Part shown: one piece after another, positions 47,701 through 55,934 of the stretch
Numbering within the stretch: position 1 is the stretch's first letter
Layout: the number at the start of each line of letters is the position of its first letter
Sequence record: PQ287644.1
Direction: 5' to 3' (one strand)
Length of the DNA stretch: 64,000 nucleotides
The notes under the pieces: model-generated
The model's input: only the letters and a program-made list of their open reading frames with translations
Database searches by the model: none
Told to the model about the DNA's origin: nothing
Translations under genes and position numbers: made by a program

Positions 47701-48264
47701 CGGTGGACTGAATGTACAGCCAGTATTACCGGTCAAAGTGGAGGTGCTAACCACAAGACCGTTACACCGGATAACGGGGTAGCTAACCAAATGGCGTACA
47801 ACGTTTCCACCGGGGGAGCTGCTACGATCTTTGAAGGGTCGGTGAATAACCCCTTGCTGGGATCGGTTTACCCTGCTACCGGTTGGTACCTGTTCTTCCA
47901 ATCGGAACTCAGAGTGGTTTTCAACGGACAGAACTACACGTTGAAGTCCATCTCCGTGGATTTGTCGGCAATAGTCCCTAATCCCGCTAATAAGACGTTC
48001 TATTTGTACGCAGTTCTTAAGAACGGGAATGCGAGCTACGAAGTGACTTTGGAGAAACGAGCTGAGACACCGTTTATCGTGTGGGTCGGACGAGCGGTTA
48101 CGAATGATCGTCAGATCCTCACCATTGAACGGTTTAATGTCTTTACGATTAACGGGAACCGGATCTCCGAGACGAAACGGGGGAACTGCATCCCGGCGTC
48201 GTCAGGCTTGGTGAATGCTGAAGGTCAACTCCCGTGGTTACGTTCTTCTGAAATGCTTCCGTAA
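44710..48264 (+). CDS. Tail fibre / tail-tip protein, phiKZ gp131-like family
   Basis: 1184 aa. Shared N-module, IDGSFEGLGG, and C-domain GSVYPATGW...NPANKTFYLY...LRSSEMLP. Confidence 0.7.
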   Translation: MHFPIVREYKTDIVHNNLENQIRGEPFKVDPGIWSRIIVPIHSPFFVDSLKVTFPNGQPMDESQYRIYRLMPRLTELTAQKVACMIELLDPTITEGKLDYDVVGEFSLFDTTLLHMVIAASEDDRPVWWENIKNKPVVFPPEWHTHSLLYDIMAFGDFVEVLGMISDAVETHGKPYLQIKIDHAFELFNHYLGIYKKSLADFLARHKASYNSHGLTALQVGLEKVDNFPTATASGALEGRRDRHLTVSGLQAIIDHYGFNPKDFIENGKLPIAQFGNTNFIPPSIDGSFEGLGGKSECAAITMEADGSIVFLSNRMDGRIDGLYYSVLEDPYTNPRLVYTSYRYSHPLLLAENAECDRIVQGSGREVIMLGNIRKNLFYIGLTNGTLDPTKHILTPINLDALKAPWNGNPNFSWNTWFRSLSVAYLGNWIYIFHAHNLENGEQADGVTDYRYRYLYRVRTSDVNAQIPVTATLVRPTFKDGDGVQWNNAPFFRWCTPQGYRQVNNNYTWERYYFTFKQSSNLAFTGIYRSQPTVACPIPNKPGKYLVRFMAAWWARYVVPGVIGTWDLPLEMVYEMDPETGVMTLLHQTPRREIDFLNIPSSGDPKNRRLNQLVFNDSEQGMEVLDDGTIVASYGAYQSFPRSAFYVVPRSFKSRYDVMNRTWMTDLGDIESQQLIAEKITSPIASSIKPRSFLLGNGGDVYTAGTNTLPSVITNQLWYRQSPGKLAERPEVSNLFFNKVVSRPLSNAVFRVEGPPQVGGAYVTVPSNLLDQYNTDLGEFTFCMGTQKVNLDLSVAEGEWPAGNLPQDIKVMSGHTQQINPDGSMTMVPTGTILYPSSITARFVNHVANPTACRNSPAMFIGLCDPTGFLTDKFGWLPVIMIINYGEPGTTSRHWTILVIDPVYTGPANARVVSDYTVLDVVHNVHLQGATGLTPASWDAFLGGGANTSGGGAMRVGYYLKSATELEGFIDSGVIAAGPGDSLTSFGTFRYTNRSTKRWTECTASITGQSGGANHKTVTPDNGVANQMAYNVSTGGAATIFEGSVNNPLLGSVYPATGWYLFFQSELRVVFNGQNYTLKSISVDLSAIVPNPANKTFYLYAVLKNGNASYEVTLEKRAETPFIVWVGRAVTNDRQILTIERFNVFTINGNRISETKRGNCIPASSGLVNAEGQLPWLRSSEMLP

Positions 48265-48269
48265 ACCCA

Positions 48270-48300
48270 AGGAGGGAGAGGGTTAACCCCCCTCCCTCCT
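48270..48300. terminator. Intergenic hairpin
   Basis: aggagggag...gttaac...ctccctcct. Confidence 0.65.
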
Positions 48301-48319
48301 TCTTTTCAAGGTTTAGTCC

Positions 48320-51300
48320 ATGGATCCGTTTAAAATCGTTCAATTTGATATTCGTGGAACGCGCCCGGAGAATAAGATCATCGGGGAGAAAATGCTGATC
48401 AAGGATAAGACCTGTCCTTGGTTGATCCCGAATGGGTCCCCGTTCTTTGCTGAACCTGGCCTGTTCACGTTGTATGACGAACGGGGTGCTGAGATGACCC
48501 TCAACCGGGATTACTGGTTGGAGGAAGCCTTTATCCCGTTCTGTGAGATCAGCGGTCGGAATGTTTGTTGTTTCATTCGGTTAAGTGAGAGTATTCGTCA
48601 GAACAACGCATTCGTTACCGGAGACTACCAAACCATTGGGGCGTGGTTCGTACCGCGTAATAACCTGGATGAATGGCTGGAAAAAATGCGGGAAGGGAAG
48701 ATTCCCATTGAGTGGGAGAAGGTCTTCGGTGTTCCACCCACCCTACCGCCCGAATACCATTTGCATAAAGCTGATACCGAAATTGGTGATTGGTATGAGC
48801 TGACGTTCTTCCTGGATACCATGGCGAACATTTACCGGAGCCGAGATCCAGAGTTGGAGGATCAATCGGAAGTTGTGATCAATGAGGCGTTCACAAGGCT
48901 CAGGAGCTTCCGGGACGCCCAAATGCGTCGTCTCGTCGAACACGACAAGAATTACAACGCCCCTCACCTCCAAACGAAGACCAACCTTAACCTGGGCAAT
49001 CTGGATAACTTTGCTACCGCTACTCCTGAACAGGATAAGGCTGGTACGGCTGATAACCTCTTTAGTACCACACTGGGGGTTAAGGAACTGGTCAGGGGGT
49101 ATACGCCGGATACGTCGGCTTCCATGCGTTCAGGAATTATTGCCATTAGTCGGTTTGGGGGAACGGATTATATCCCTCCGGGTATTAGTGGTTCGTTTGA
49201 AGGTCTGGGGGGTGTTACCCCGGACTGTGCAGCGGTATTGGAACTGAATGATAACCTGGTCTTTATTCGGGCTCATTACGACGGACGGACGGAAGGGCTG
49301 TATTACACTGTGGTTCGGAATCACTTGAGCCTGAATCCCGACGTTTCCTTCACCGGGTATAAATACCAACCCCCGTCGTTAACGGCCATTGGCTTCGTAC
49401 CTAACCGGGTCTTTACAGGGAGTGGTCGGACTATCATCATGGTAACCCGGGATGGGACGAACCAGGTGTACGCCGCGCTGACCAATGGTACATTGGATCC
49501 TTCCGCGCATGTGTTTGTCAAATGCAACATTGATTTGGCTATCCAAGATCTGGGGACGTCAGTTCGTCTAACGGAGTGGAGTCAAATACACACGTTGGGT
49601 AATTGGGTCTATTTGTTTGTGACAGCTATAACTGAAGGTCAATGGGGTGGTTGGGGACATAGTCGTACACGGGCCTACAGGGCACCTCTCAGCGCGATTA
49701 AGAATGGCCAGCCTCTTACCTTCAGTCGTGTTAAAGTCTCACTGACGAACGTCCCAGGGGCCTTACAGAGCAATGTTGACTACATTGAGTTCACCCCCGC
49801 TCCTCCAGACGGTGAATTCAGTACCTACGGCCCCATTACCTTTGCGCCTTATAAGGCTAAGAAAGGGGTTAAGGGATCCCAACGACGTCCCCTGATGTTC
49901 TTCTCTGAATCCAGTGACATAGGACCTCAATATTGTTCCATGCATTACTTCGGGATGATGTTCTTTACGGGGAACATCAATGGAGTGGATCGTGTGACCG
50001 GGATGTACATCGATTGCAGTTACGATTTCAACCCTGAAACAGCGACCTTCGTGGTGGTTAAACAACCCCCCGCACAAACCGTTGACCTGAGCAAGATCAT
50101 TAGTGTAAACTCAACGGCCTCTGTGCATTATGCAGGTATCAGTGACGTCTTCTTCAACATCTCTGACCACTCCAGTCATCTCCTGTTGGAGAATAAGGTG
50201 ATTGTCGGGATGTCACGTCTAGGGTTGAGGGTCTCCTTCCCGGGGTTGTTTAGTCGCTTGCAGTTCAACAAAGACCCGAGTGTAACTGCCAGTGGGATGT
50301 TGCGGGATTACATGCACGCGGACAATGCGAACTTCTCGGGGATGGGGGTGTGGGAAACGCCCAGTTACCCTATTAAGAACGGAGGGCGAATCAGTGCAGT
50401 GGGGTATGAACTTACCGGTGAATATTTCTGGGCAGACAGCACTGTGGATCATAACCGGTCGTTCTTCTACCGGAAGGTCAGCGGTGAATACGCTGCGCGT
50501 CCTGGGATTACCAACAGTAACTACCCCACCTTATTGACTCGACCGATCAGTGCGGAGGTGTACGAGAACCGGTTGGACCGTAATACTTCCCTGATCAGTG
50601 TGACCGGGAGTGCAGCGTTCCTGACCGCTGAAGGGATTGAAATGGGGAACAGTTGTTTCTCTGTAATGGGAATGAACCATTTCGACGACCTGGCCTCAGG
50701 GGTTGAATCCGATACCACATGCCCCAGAGAGTTTACCTTTAAAGCCCCTAAAGGAAATGGGATCGTGTTATCCTGCCCTAGGACCTTCAGTCGGGTAATG
50801 GACAGTGGGGATCAAACCTTTACTCTGAAGGGTGAAAGCCATTGGGGTGTTAAGCGTAACGTCATGGATAAACTGATCCAGTTGATCCCCGCTACCCTCA
50901 GGGAGAAATGGGCGGTCGAGCTGATAGTGATCAATCCTGTCAGTGGTAAAGGGTTCAGTCGGATGAACTACGTGCTGGCGTTGGTTCATACCCGGGACAT
51001 CGAAGGGGGTCAGTATGTGGTCAGGAGTAAACTGTTGGCCTGTACACCGGTGATTGGTAATCCAGTCTCGGGGGTCTACCCGATTGATGACCTTACGATT
51101 CTTGATCAAACCGCGTTTATCACCACGGTGAACAACAGTGGGGCTGGGAATGAGTGGAGTGACACGGAAGCGGATGTTGTGGCGTGTCCTCAGGTGTCGC
51201 TTTATGTGGATGAGGCAACGAATACCCTCTCCGGGCGTATTTCGTCGTTGTACAACGTCCGAAGCGAAGCCTTGGGGTTCAACAAAGCCGTCCTGACCTT

Positions 51301-51901
51301 CAGTCTCAATAAATCTACCCACAAATTCTCCAGCTTTACACCCTTTAACAACGGGGAAGGAATGTCCGCGGCGTGGTGTGTGCAGAACCACGCCATTCCT
51401 AACGCCGGGTTAATTACCCAACAGCAAGGCTACGTCTTTGAGGACACTGGCGGTGCGGGGTATGTAGGGAAGATCGGAACGAACACGTATTTGATTGGTT
51501 CCTGTTACCCGGAAGTGGGTTGGACGATTTTCTTCCAAGAAGAAGTCGAGATGATGATCAACGGTACCGTGTACAAAATGCCCGGTGGGTCTATCGACTT
51601 GAGGAATGTGTCCTCGAATCCTCGTAACAAAACGTTCTACATCTATGCGACGGTTGAAGAGTCGGAAGGGCGGTATATTGTCTCCGATGTTAAACTACGG
51701 CGTTCCAGTGAGTTGCTGCATGTCGCAACCGCCGTGACGAACACCAACCAGATCGCCAGTATTACCCGGCAGAAAGTCTTTACCATCGGTGAGTTCCTAT
51801 TAAGTTACACACGGACGGGAGGGATTATTCCGGTGAGTTCTGGTTTACCGCAGGATGAAGGTACGTTTAGCTTCTTGAAAGCCTCGGAACTTTTACCTTA
51901 A
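48320..51901 (+). CDS. Tail fibre / tail-tip protein paralog
   Basis: 1193 aa. ISGSFEGLGG and GSCYPEVGW...NPRNKTFYIY...LKASELLP. Confidence 0.7.
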   Translation: MDPFKIVQFDIRGTRPENKIIGEKMLIKDKTCPWLIPNGSPFFAEPGLFTLYDERGAEMTLNRDYWLEEAFIPFCEISGRNVCCFIRLSESIRQNNAFVTGDYQTIGAWFVPRNNLDEWLEKMREGKIPIEWEKVFGVPPTLPPEYHLHKADTEIGDWYELTFFLDTMANIYRSRDPELEDQSEVVINEAFTRLRSFRDAQMRRLVEHDKNYNAPHLQTKTNLNLGNLDNFATATPEQDKAGTADNLFSTTLGVKELVRGYTPDTSASMRSGIIAISRFGGTDYIPPGISGSFEGLGGVTPDCAAVLELNDNLVFIRAHYDGRTEGLYYTVVRNHLSLNPDVSFTGYKYQPPSLTAIGFVPNRVFTGSGRTIIMVTRDGTNQVYAALTNGTLDPSAHVFVKCNIDLAIQDLGTSVRLTEWSQIHTLGNWVYLFVTAITEGQWGGWGHSRTRAYRAPLSAIKNGQPLTFSRVKVSLTNVPGALQSNVDYIEFTPAPPDGEFSTYGPITFAPYKAKKGVKGSQRRPLMFFSESSDIGPQYCSMHYFGMMFFTGNINGVDRVTGMYIDCSYDFNPETATFVVVKQPPAQTVDLSKIISVNSTASVHYAGISDVFFNISDHSSHLLLENKVIVGMSRLGLRVSFPGLFSRLQFNKDPSVTASGMLRDYMHADNANFSGMGVWETPSYPIKNGGRISAVGYELTGEYFWADSTVDHNRSFFYRKVSGEYAARPGITNSNYPTLLTRPISAEVYENRLDRNTSLISVTGSAAFLTAEGIEMGNSCFSVMGMNHFDDLASGVESDTTCPREFTFKAPKGNGIVLSCPRTFSRVMDSGDQTFTLKGESHWGVKRNVMDKLIQLIPATLREKWAVELIVINPVSGKGFSRMNYVLALVHTRDIEGGQYVVRSKLLACTPVIGNPVSGVYPIDDLTILDQTAFITTVNNSGAGNEWSDTEADVVACPQVSLYVDEATNTLSGRISSLYNVRSEALGFNKAVLTFSLNKSTHKFSSFTPFNNGEGMSAAWCVQNHAIPNAGLITQQQGYVFEDTGGAGYVGKIGTNTYLIGSCYPEVGWTIFFQEEVEMMINGTVYKMPGGSIDLRNVSSNPRNKTFYIYATVEESEGRYIVSDVKLRRSSELLHVATAVTNTNQIASITRQKVFTIGEFLLSYTRTGGIIPVSSGLPQDEGTFSFLKASELLP

Positions 51902-51904
51902 GGT

Positions 51905-51930
51905 AAAGGGGGAGTTAACCTCCCCCTGAT
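51905..51930. terminator. Intergenic hairpin
   Basis: gggggag-ttaa-cctccccc followed by a T-rich tract. Confidence 0.6.
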
Positions 51931-51950
51931 CTTTTAAATGGAGTAGCTTT

Positions 51951-54821
51951 ATGATTATCCTTGGCGGGGAACCCCCTTTCATCGAAAACCCTGAACCCAG
52001 GTTCGGTGGAGTGATCTCCAAGCTCAATGAGATGACCTACAAACTGGAAGCGTGTGTTCACAGCTACAATGAGGGGACTAAAGAAAAGATCCGGTTGTTC
52101 AACGCAAACCTGAATGATTTCATTAACCAAGCCATTGTCCCCATTGACGCCCACATCAATTCCCGTGGGGCGGTCCACGGTGAAACCAAACGGACGATTG
52201 GATTGGGTCTTAAGGACAACTACCGGACGGCTACCCTGGCGGAACAACAGTCGCTAACGCCTGTGTTGGCGTATGTGACCCCTCACGGTGCTCGTGCCGC
52301 GGTTGTAGCCAACAACGTCGGTTATAACGGTGCGGATTATCAACCCAATGACGTGTTCCAATTCTCGTCGTTCTACAACCCGGATGAATACCCGGTGGTT
52401 GCTCCAACAGTGATTCAACCCATTCGTTATTTTGGGTACTCTCTGAATGTCGGGATGATGATCAACAATGACCGTCTGGTGTTGTCTCCGGTTACCGATC
52501 CGTCTCGTTACCAACGGTACACCGCCTTCCTGTCCGGTTCTCTGGCGAACGCAGGGGGAACACAGTTCTCGGAGATTCAGAACCTCAACGCGTATTACAC
52601 CGGACGGAATTGGAATGCGGTAGGAGGGTTTACCAGTTCGGGCAAAGTGGCCTTCTTTAAACCCCTGGCTGAAAAGAAGATCTACGAGTTCAAGAACACC
52701 CTCCCATTAACCCCCAGTAATGCGAACTTCCTGCTGTATCAAGGGTATAGCACGGCGGTGTATAAAGGACTGGGGATTAGTTGGGACCGAGTCGGTACGG
52801 TTCTGACCCTAAAGCACTATTTCTTCAACGTGAACTTCCTGGAAACCGATCCCACGTTGGTGGAGCAGGTGACTGCGTCGTACACCGCCCGGTTTACTCA
52901 AATCAATAAGACGCCGTATACCGGACCGGCTAACGGGAGTCATTCGTACGACATTAATGACTTTGTGACCCTGAGTGCAGGTCAGACCCTGGAAATGAAC
53001 GGAGGACTGCAACCCACTACCGCCCTCTTCTGGAACATTCAAGACCGGGAAATCTACCTCTTTGTCGTTATTCCGGTGAATGTGGTCCAGGGGGGTATTC
53101 GTCGGCCGTATAACCTCTCCTTCGTGGAATCCATTGTCCCGGGGACTTTGGAGAATGGAGGGACAGCAACCTTTACCCAACTGGGTAATTTAGCCAAGGA
53201 CATTATTCAACCGAATATGCTACCCACTGCCGACGCTAAATGGTTGCGGTACGCGAACACCTGGGATTTCAATAATCCGACCTGGTATCCCGGAGTCGTT
53301 CTGAAATCAGGGGAAGTGGTTAAAGCGGTCGCCACGAAGAATGGTCTACGGGTTAAGCGATTTACCACCCCCCATAAAGGCTTGAGGGAATGGGTGTTGG
53401 GAGAACGGGCTGAAGTGGGGATGGATGAAGTTCGTACAGAGTTTTATCCTCCGTCACGCCATAGCCCGTTTGGGCCGGTTCCTGATCGCTTATTCCCCAT
53501 TGAACACACCGCTGGCACCACACGGTATCTGGCGTATTCCGTTGACAGTGAAACTGGGTTGTATGAGTGGAGTGAGTTGACCTGGTCGAATACTTCCATT
53601 GTGGGTGTAACCACTGGGAATAAGTTCGGAATGGTTCCACCGGATGTTGGGATTATTAATCGGGAGTTGACCCGTATCCCTAGGGCCATGGCATCGTTCG
53701 CTAGCCTGCTGGTGGATGGAGTCAGTATCAACGCCCTGTGTTTCACACCGGATAACCAGTATACCGGGTATGCGTCAATCGCCCTGGCGAATGGACGAGT
53801 CCAGTTGGGCGCTGAGGTCAAACTCTCCCCGACCAGTTTGATTACCCTGCAAGCGGCCAGTGGGGGTATTCTGGGTCGCGCAGCCATCGCGAACCCTCAA
53901 GTCAACAACACCCTCAGGGAAAGTGTGATCAACGTCTTTGCCGTCGCAGATAACTTCGCGTTGGTGGTGATTACTGATGGGATGTGTTACGCAGAGGCCG
54001 CTGTGGTTCCGTATACGGTGAGTGGTGGGGTCTTTAGGCTGAACTTCCCCTCTGCCACGGGCTTCGTTACTAAACCGGTTACCCCAGCCGGTATGGTCGT
54101 ACCGGGCACGTACCGTTATTCCCATTCCGGTGATAACCCATGGATGACCTACGTGGATATCCAAGTGATTGAAACCCAACGGTATGAATGGGCGGTTGTG
54201 GTCAGTCGACCCTTTGGGGACCTCTACGGGGATATCAGTTTCAAAATCACGGATTACCCGTTTACACCCACCTACACCGTAGGACGGGTCAATCCAGCGA
54301 AACTGTATACGGCGTCATCGCCCTTTGATACGGTGAACGAAGTTCACCCACCTGTCTTGATCCCTCGGAAGGGAATCTACCAGTACGACCCTGCTAACAC
54401 CGGCTACTCCACGAATCTGTTGGAAGTCGGCGGAGCGGGTGTGGTGGATCCATACGACGTAAATGAAAGCGGATGGGTGAGCATCCCTGCTCGATCCAGG
54501 GTGGTTATAAGGGGTCGTGCGTATATTCTGGATAAGGAATACCCCATTAAAGTCAATCCTACCGGAACGACGTACTGTTATTTGGTACGCCAAGGGGATG
54601 CGTTGGTAGGGTTGGGGTCTCCCGTACGTCGAGAGGTCAATAACTCGGAAGTCCTCTTTGGGATTGCAACGAACGGGATTCTTACCATCGACCATTCGTA
54701 CATCGTGATGGGTGGTCATGTGGTGAGTTCTACCCGTCGGGGTACAGCTATTCCCACCTTTGTGGATGACGGGAACTTGGGGGCTAACACCTTCTTTACC
54801 CGACGTGACATCATTGATTAA
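51951..54821 (+). CDS. Tail fibre paralog (divergent)
   Basis: 956 aa. VHGETKRTIGLGLKDNYRTAT module; C-terminal RRGTAIP is similar to the paralogs. Confidence 0.6.
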   Translation: MIILGGEPPFIENPEPRFGGVISKLNEMTYKLEACVHSYNEGTKEKIRLFNANLNDFINQAIVPIDAHINSRGAVHGETKRTIGLGLKDNYRTATLAEQQSLTPVLAYVTPHGARAAVVANNVGYNGADYQPNDVFQFSSFYNPDEYPVVAPTVIQPIRYFGYSLNVGMMINNDRLVLSPVTDPSRYQRYTAFLSGSLANAGGTQFSEIQNLNAYYTGRNWNAVGGFTSSGKVAFFKPLAEKKIYEFKNTLPLTPSNANFLLYQGYSTAVYKGLGISWDRVGTVLTLKHYFFNVNFLETDPTLVEQVTASYTARFTQINKTPYTGPANGSHSYDINDFVTLSAGQTLEMNGGLQPTTALFWNIQDREIYLFVVIPVNVVQGGIRRPYNLSFVESIVPGTLENGGTATFTQLGNLAKDIIQPNMLPTADAKWLRYANTWDFNNPTWYPGVVLKSGEVVKAVATKNGLRVKRFTTPHKGLREWVLGERAEVGMDEVRTEFYPPSRHSPFGPVPDRLFPIEHTAGTTRYLAYSVDSETGLYEWSELTWSNTSIVGVTTGNKFGMVPPDVGIINRELTRIPRAMASFASLLVDGVSINALCFTPDNQYTGYASIALANGRVQLGAEVKLSPTSLITLQAASGGILGRAAIANPQVNNTLRESVINVFAVADNFALVVITDGMCYAEAAVVPYTVSGGVFRLNFPSATGFVTKPVTPAGMVVPGTYRYSHSGDNPWMTYVDIQVIETQRYEWAVVVSRPFGDLYGDISFKITDYPFTPTYTVGRVNPAKLYTASSPFDTVNEVHPPVLIPRKGIYQYDPANTGYSTNLLEVGGAGVVDPYDVNESGWVSIPARSRVVIRGRAYILDKEYPIKVNPTGTTYCYLVRQGDALVGLGSPVRREVNNSEVLFGIATNGILTIDHSYIVMGGHVVSSTRRGTAIPTFVDDGNLGANTFFTRRDIID

Positions 54822-54831
54822 CCCTTAACGA

Positions 54832-54866
54832 CTCCCCCTACCTCCCCGTTAAGGGAGGTAGGGGAG
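54832..54866. terminator. Hairpin between convergent genes (CCTACC family)
   Basis: ccctacctccc-cgttaa-gggaggtaggg. Confidence 0.75.
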
Positions 54867-54876
54867 GTCAGGTGGA

Positions 54877-55884
54877 TTACGCCACGGGTGGCGAGGTGGT
54901 TCCATTGCCTGGGTCTACACCTCCGTGAATATGGAGGTTCAGGGACACTCTCACGGTTCTCACATCGGTTTGTCCAATAACAAGACCCGTACTCACACTG
55001 TTACCGGTACGGGTGGTATTCCCGTTTTGGGTATAATTACCCTCTTGAGTATAATTCCCTTCTTGTTCAGTATTGCCCGTATGGGTAATGTTCCCTTCCC
55101 AGTTCGTCTGACCAATGGCGATGTTCGCCAAATTGGCTTTCATGTTAATGGTGTCGGACTGAAGGTTAAAGGTCTTCGTTAAGACATTGATTTCCTTCTC
55201 CGCATGAAGGCTAATGCTGTCTTTGGTGTAAAAAGCCATCTTTTCCTTATTGACAGCAATGGTGGACCCTTCCTTGTTGGTATAGGTGAACTGATGTTTG
55301 TAATCATCGAAACTGAAGATACTTCCATCGGTTCCTCGAATATCGATACGGCCTTCTTTGGCATTGACTTGGATATCAAAGCCCGACCGTTCCCCATTGG
55401 ACTGAGAGGTCCGCAGTCCCACTAACCCGTCGTGGGTACTGACCCTGGCTGTGTAGAAGTTATCCGGATTAAAGGGCACGTCCTGAGCCAACCCAGGGTT
55501 AGCTCCCCAGCCCCACAAAACCGTCTCTAAGCGGAAACGATCCGTATTGTCCCCAAAGATGTCCCAGTAATACTGGTTCTGACCTGTGATTTGAAACACC
55601 CACACCTTAGCCCCTTCCCGGACATCCGGTGAGGTAAGTCGGTTCCCATTCCCAATGGATCGCCAGACCGCTGGTACGGTGTTTGACACCAGGGTTTTAC
55701 TGGTAATCATCTCCCCTTCTTTATTCTGGCTGGTTTCTTCCTTCTGTTCTGTTTTAGCCAGGGTTCTCCCATCGGCGGTAGGAGAATGCAATGGAAGGTG
55801 GATCATTGCTTCGTGGGTATTGGTGTCCTTCGTGGCGGCAACCGTCCCTACACCCAACCATTTAACCACGTTCACTAAACTCAT
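54877..55884 (-). CDS. Baseplate central spike (gpV/gp138-like)
   Basis: OB-fold-like N-terminus, hexapeptide beta-helix repeats (GNTEQE GNYTQE GNYTQN GNTTRT), terminal LHIHGG HxH motif. Confidence 0.75.
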   Translation of the reverse strand: MSLVNVVKWLGVGTVAATKDTNTHEAMIHLPLHSPTADGRTLAKTEQKEETSQNKEGEMITSKTLVSNTVPAVWRSIGNGNRLTSPDVREGAKVWVFQITGQNQYYWDIFGDNTDRFRLETVLWGWGANPGLAQDVPFNPDNFYTARVSTHDGLVGLRTSQSNGERSGFDIQVNAKEGRIDIRGTDGSIFSFDDYKHQFTYTNKEGSTIAVNKEKMAFYTKDSISLHAEKEINVLTKTFNLQSDTINMKANLANIAIGQTNWEGNITHTGNTEQEGNYTQEGNYTQNGNTTRTGNSVSTGLVIGQTDVRTVRVSLNLHIHGGVDPGNGTTSPPVA

Positions 55885-55934
55885 ACTCGCGTCCTCATTA
55901 TCTAGAGACTCACTTCACTTAAAGAATTCATACC

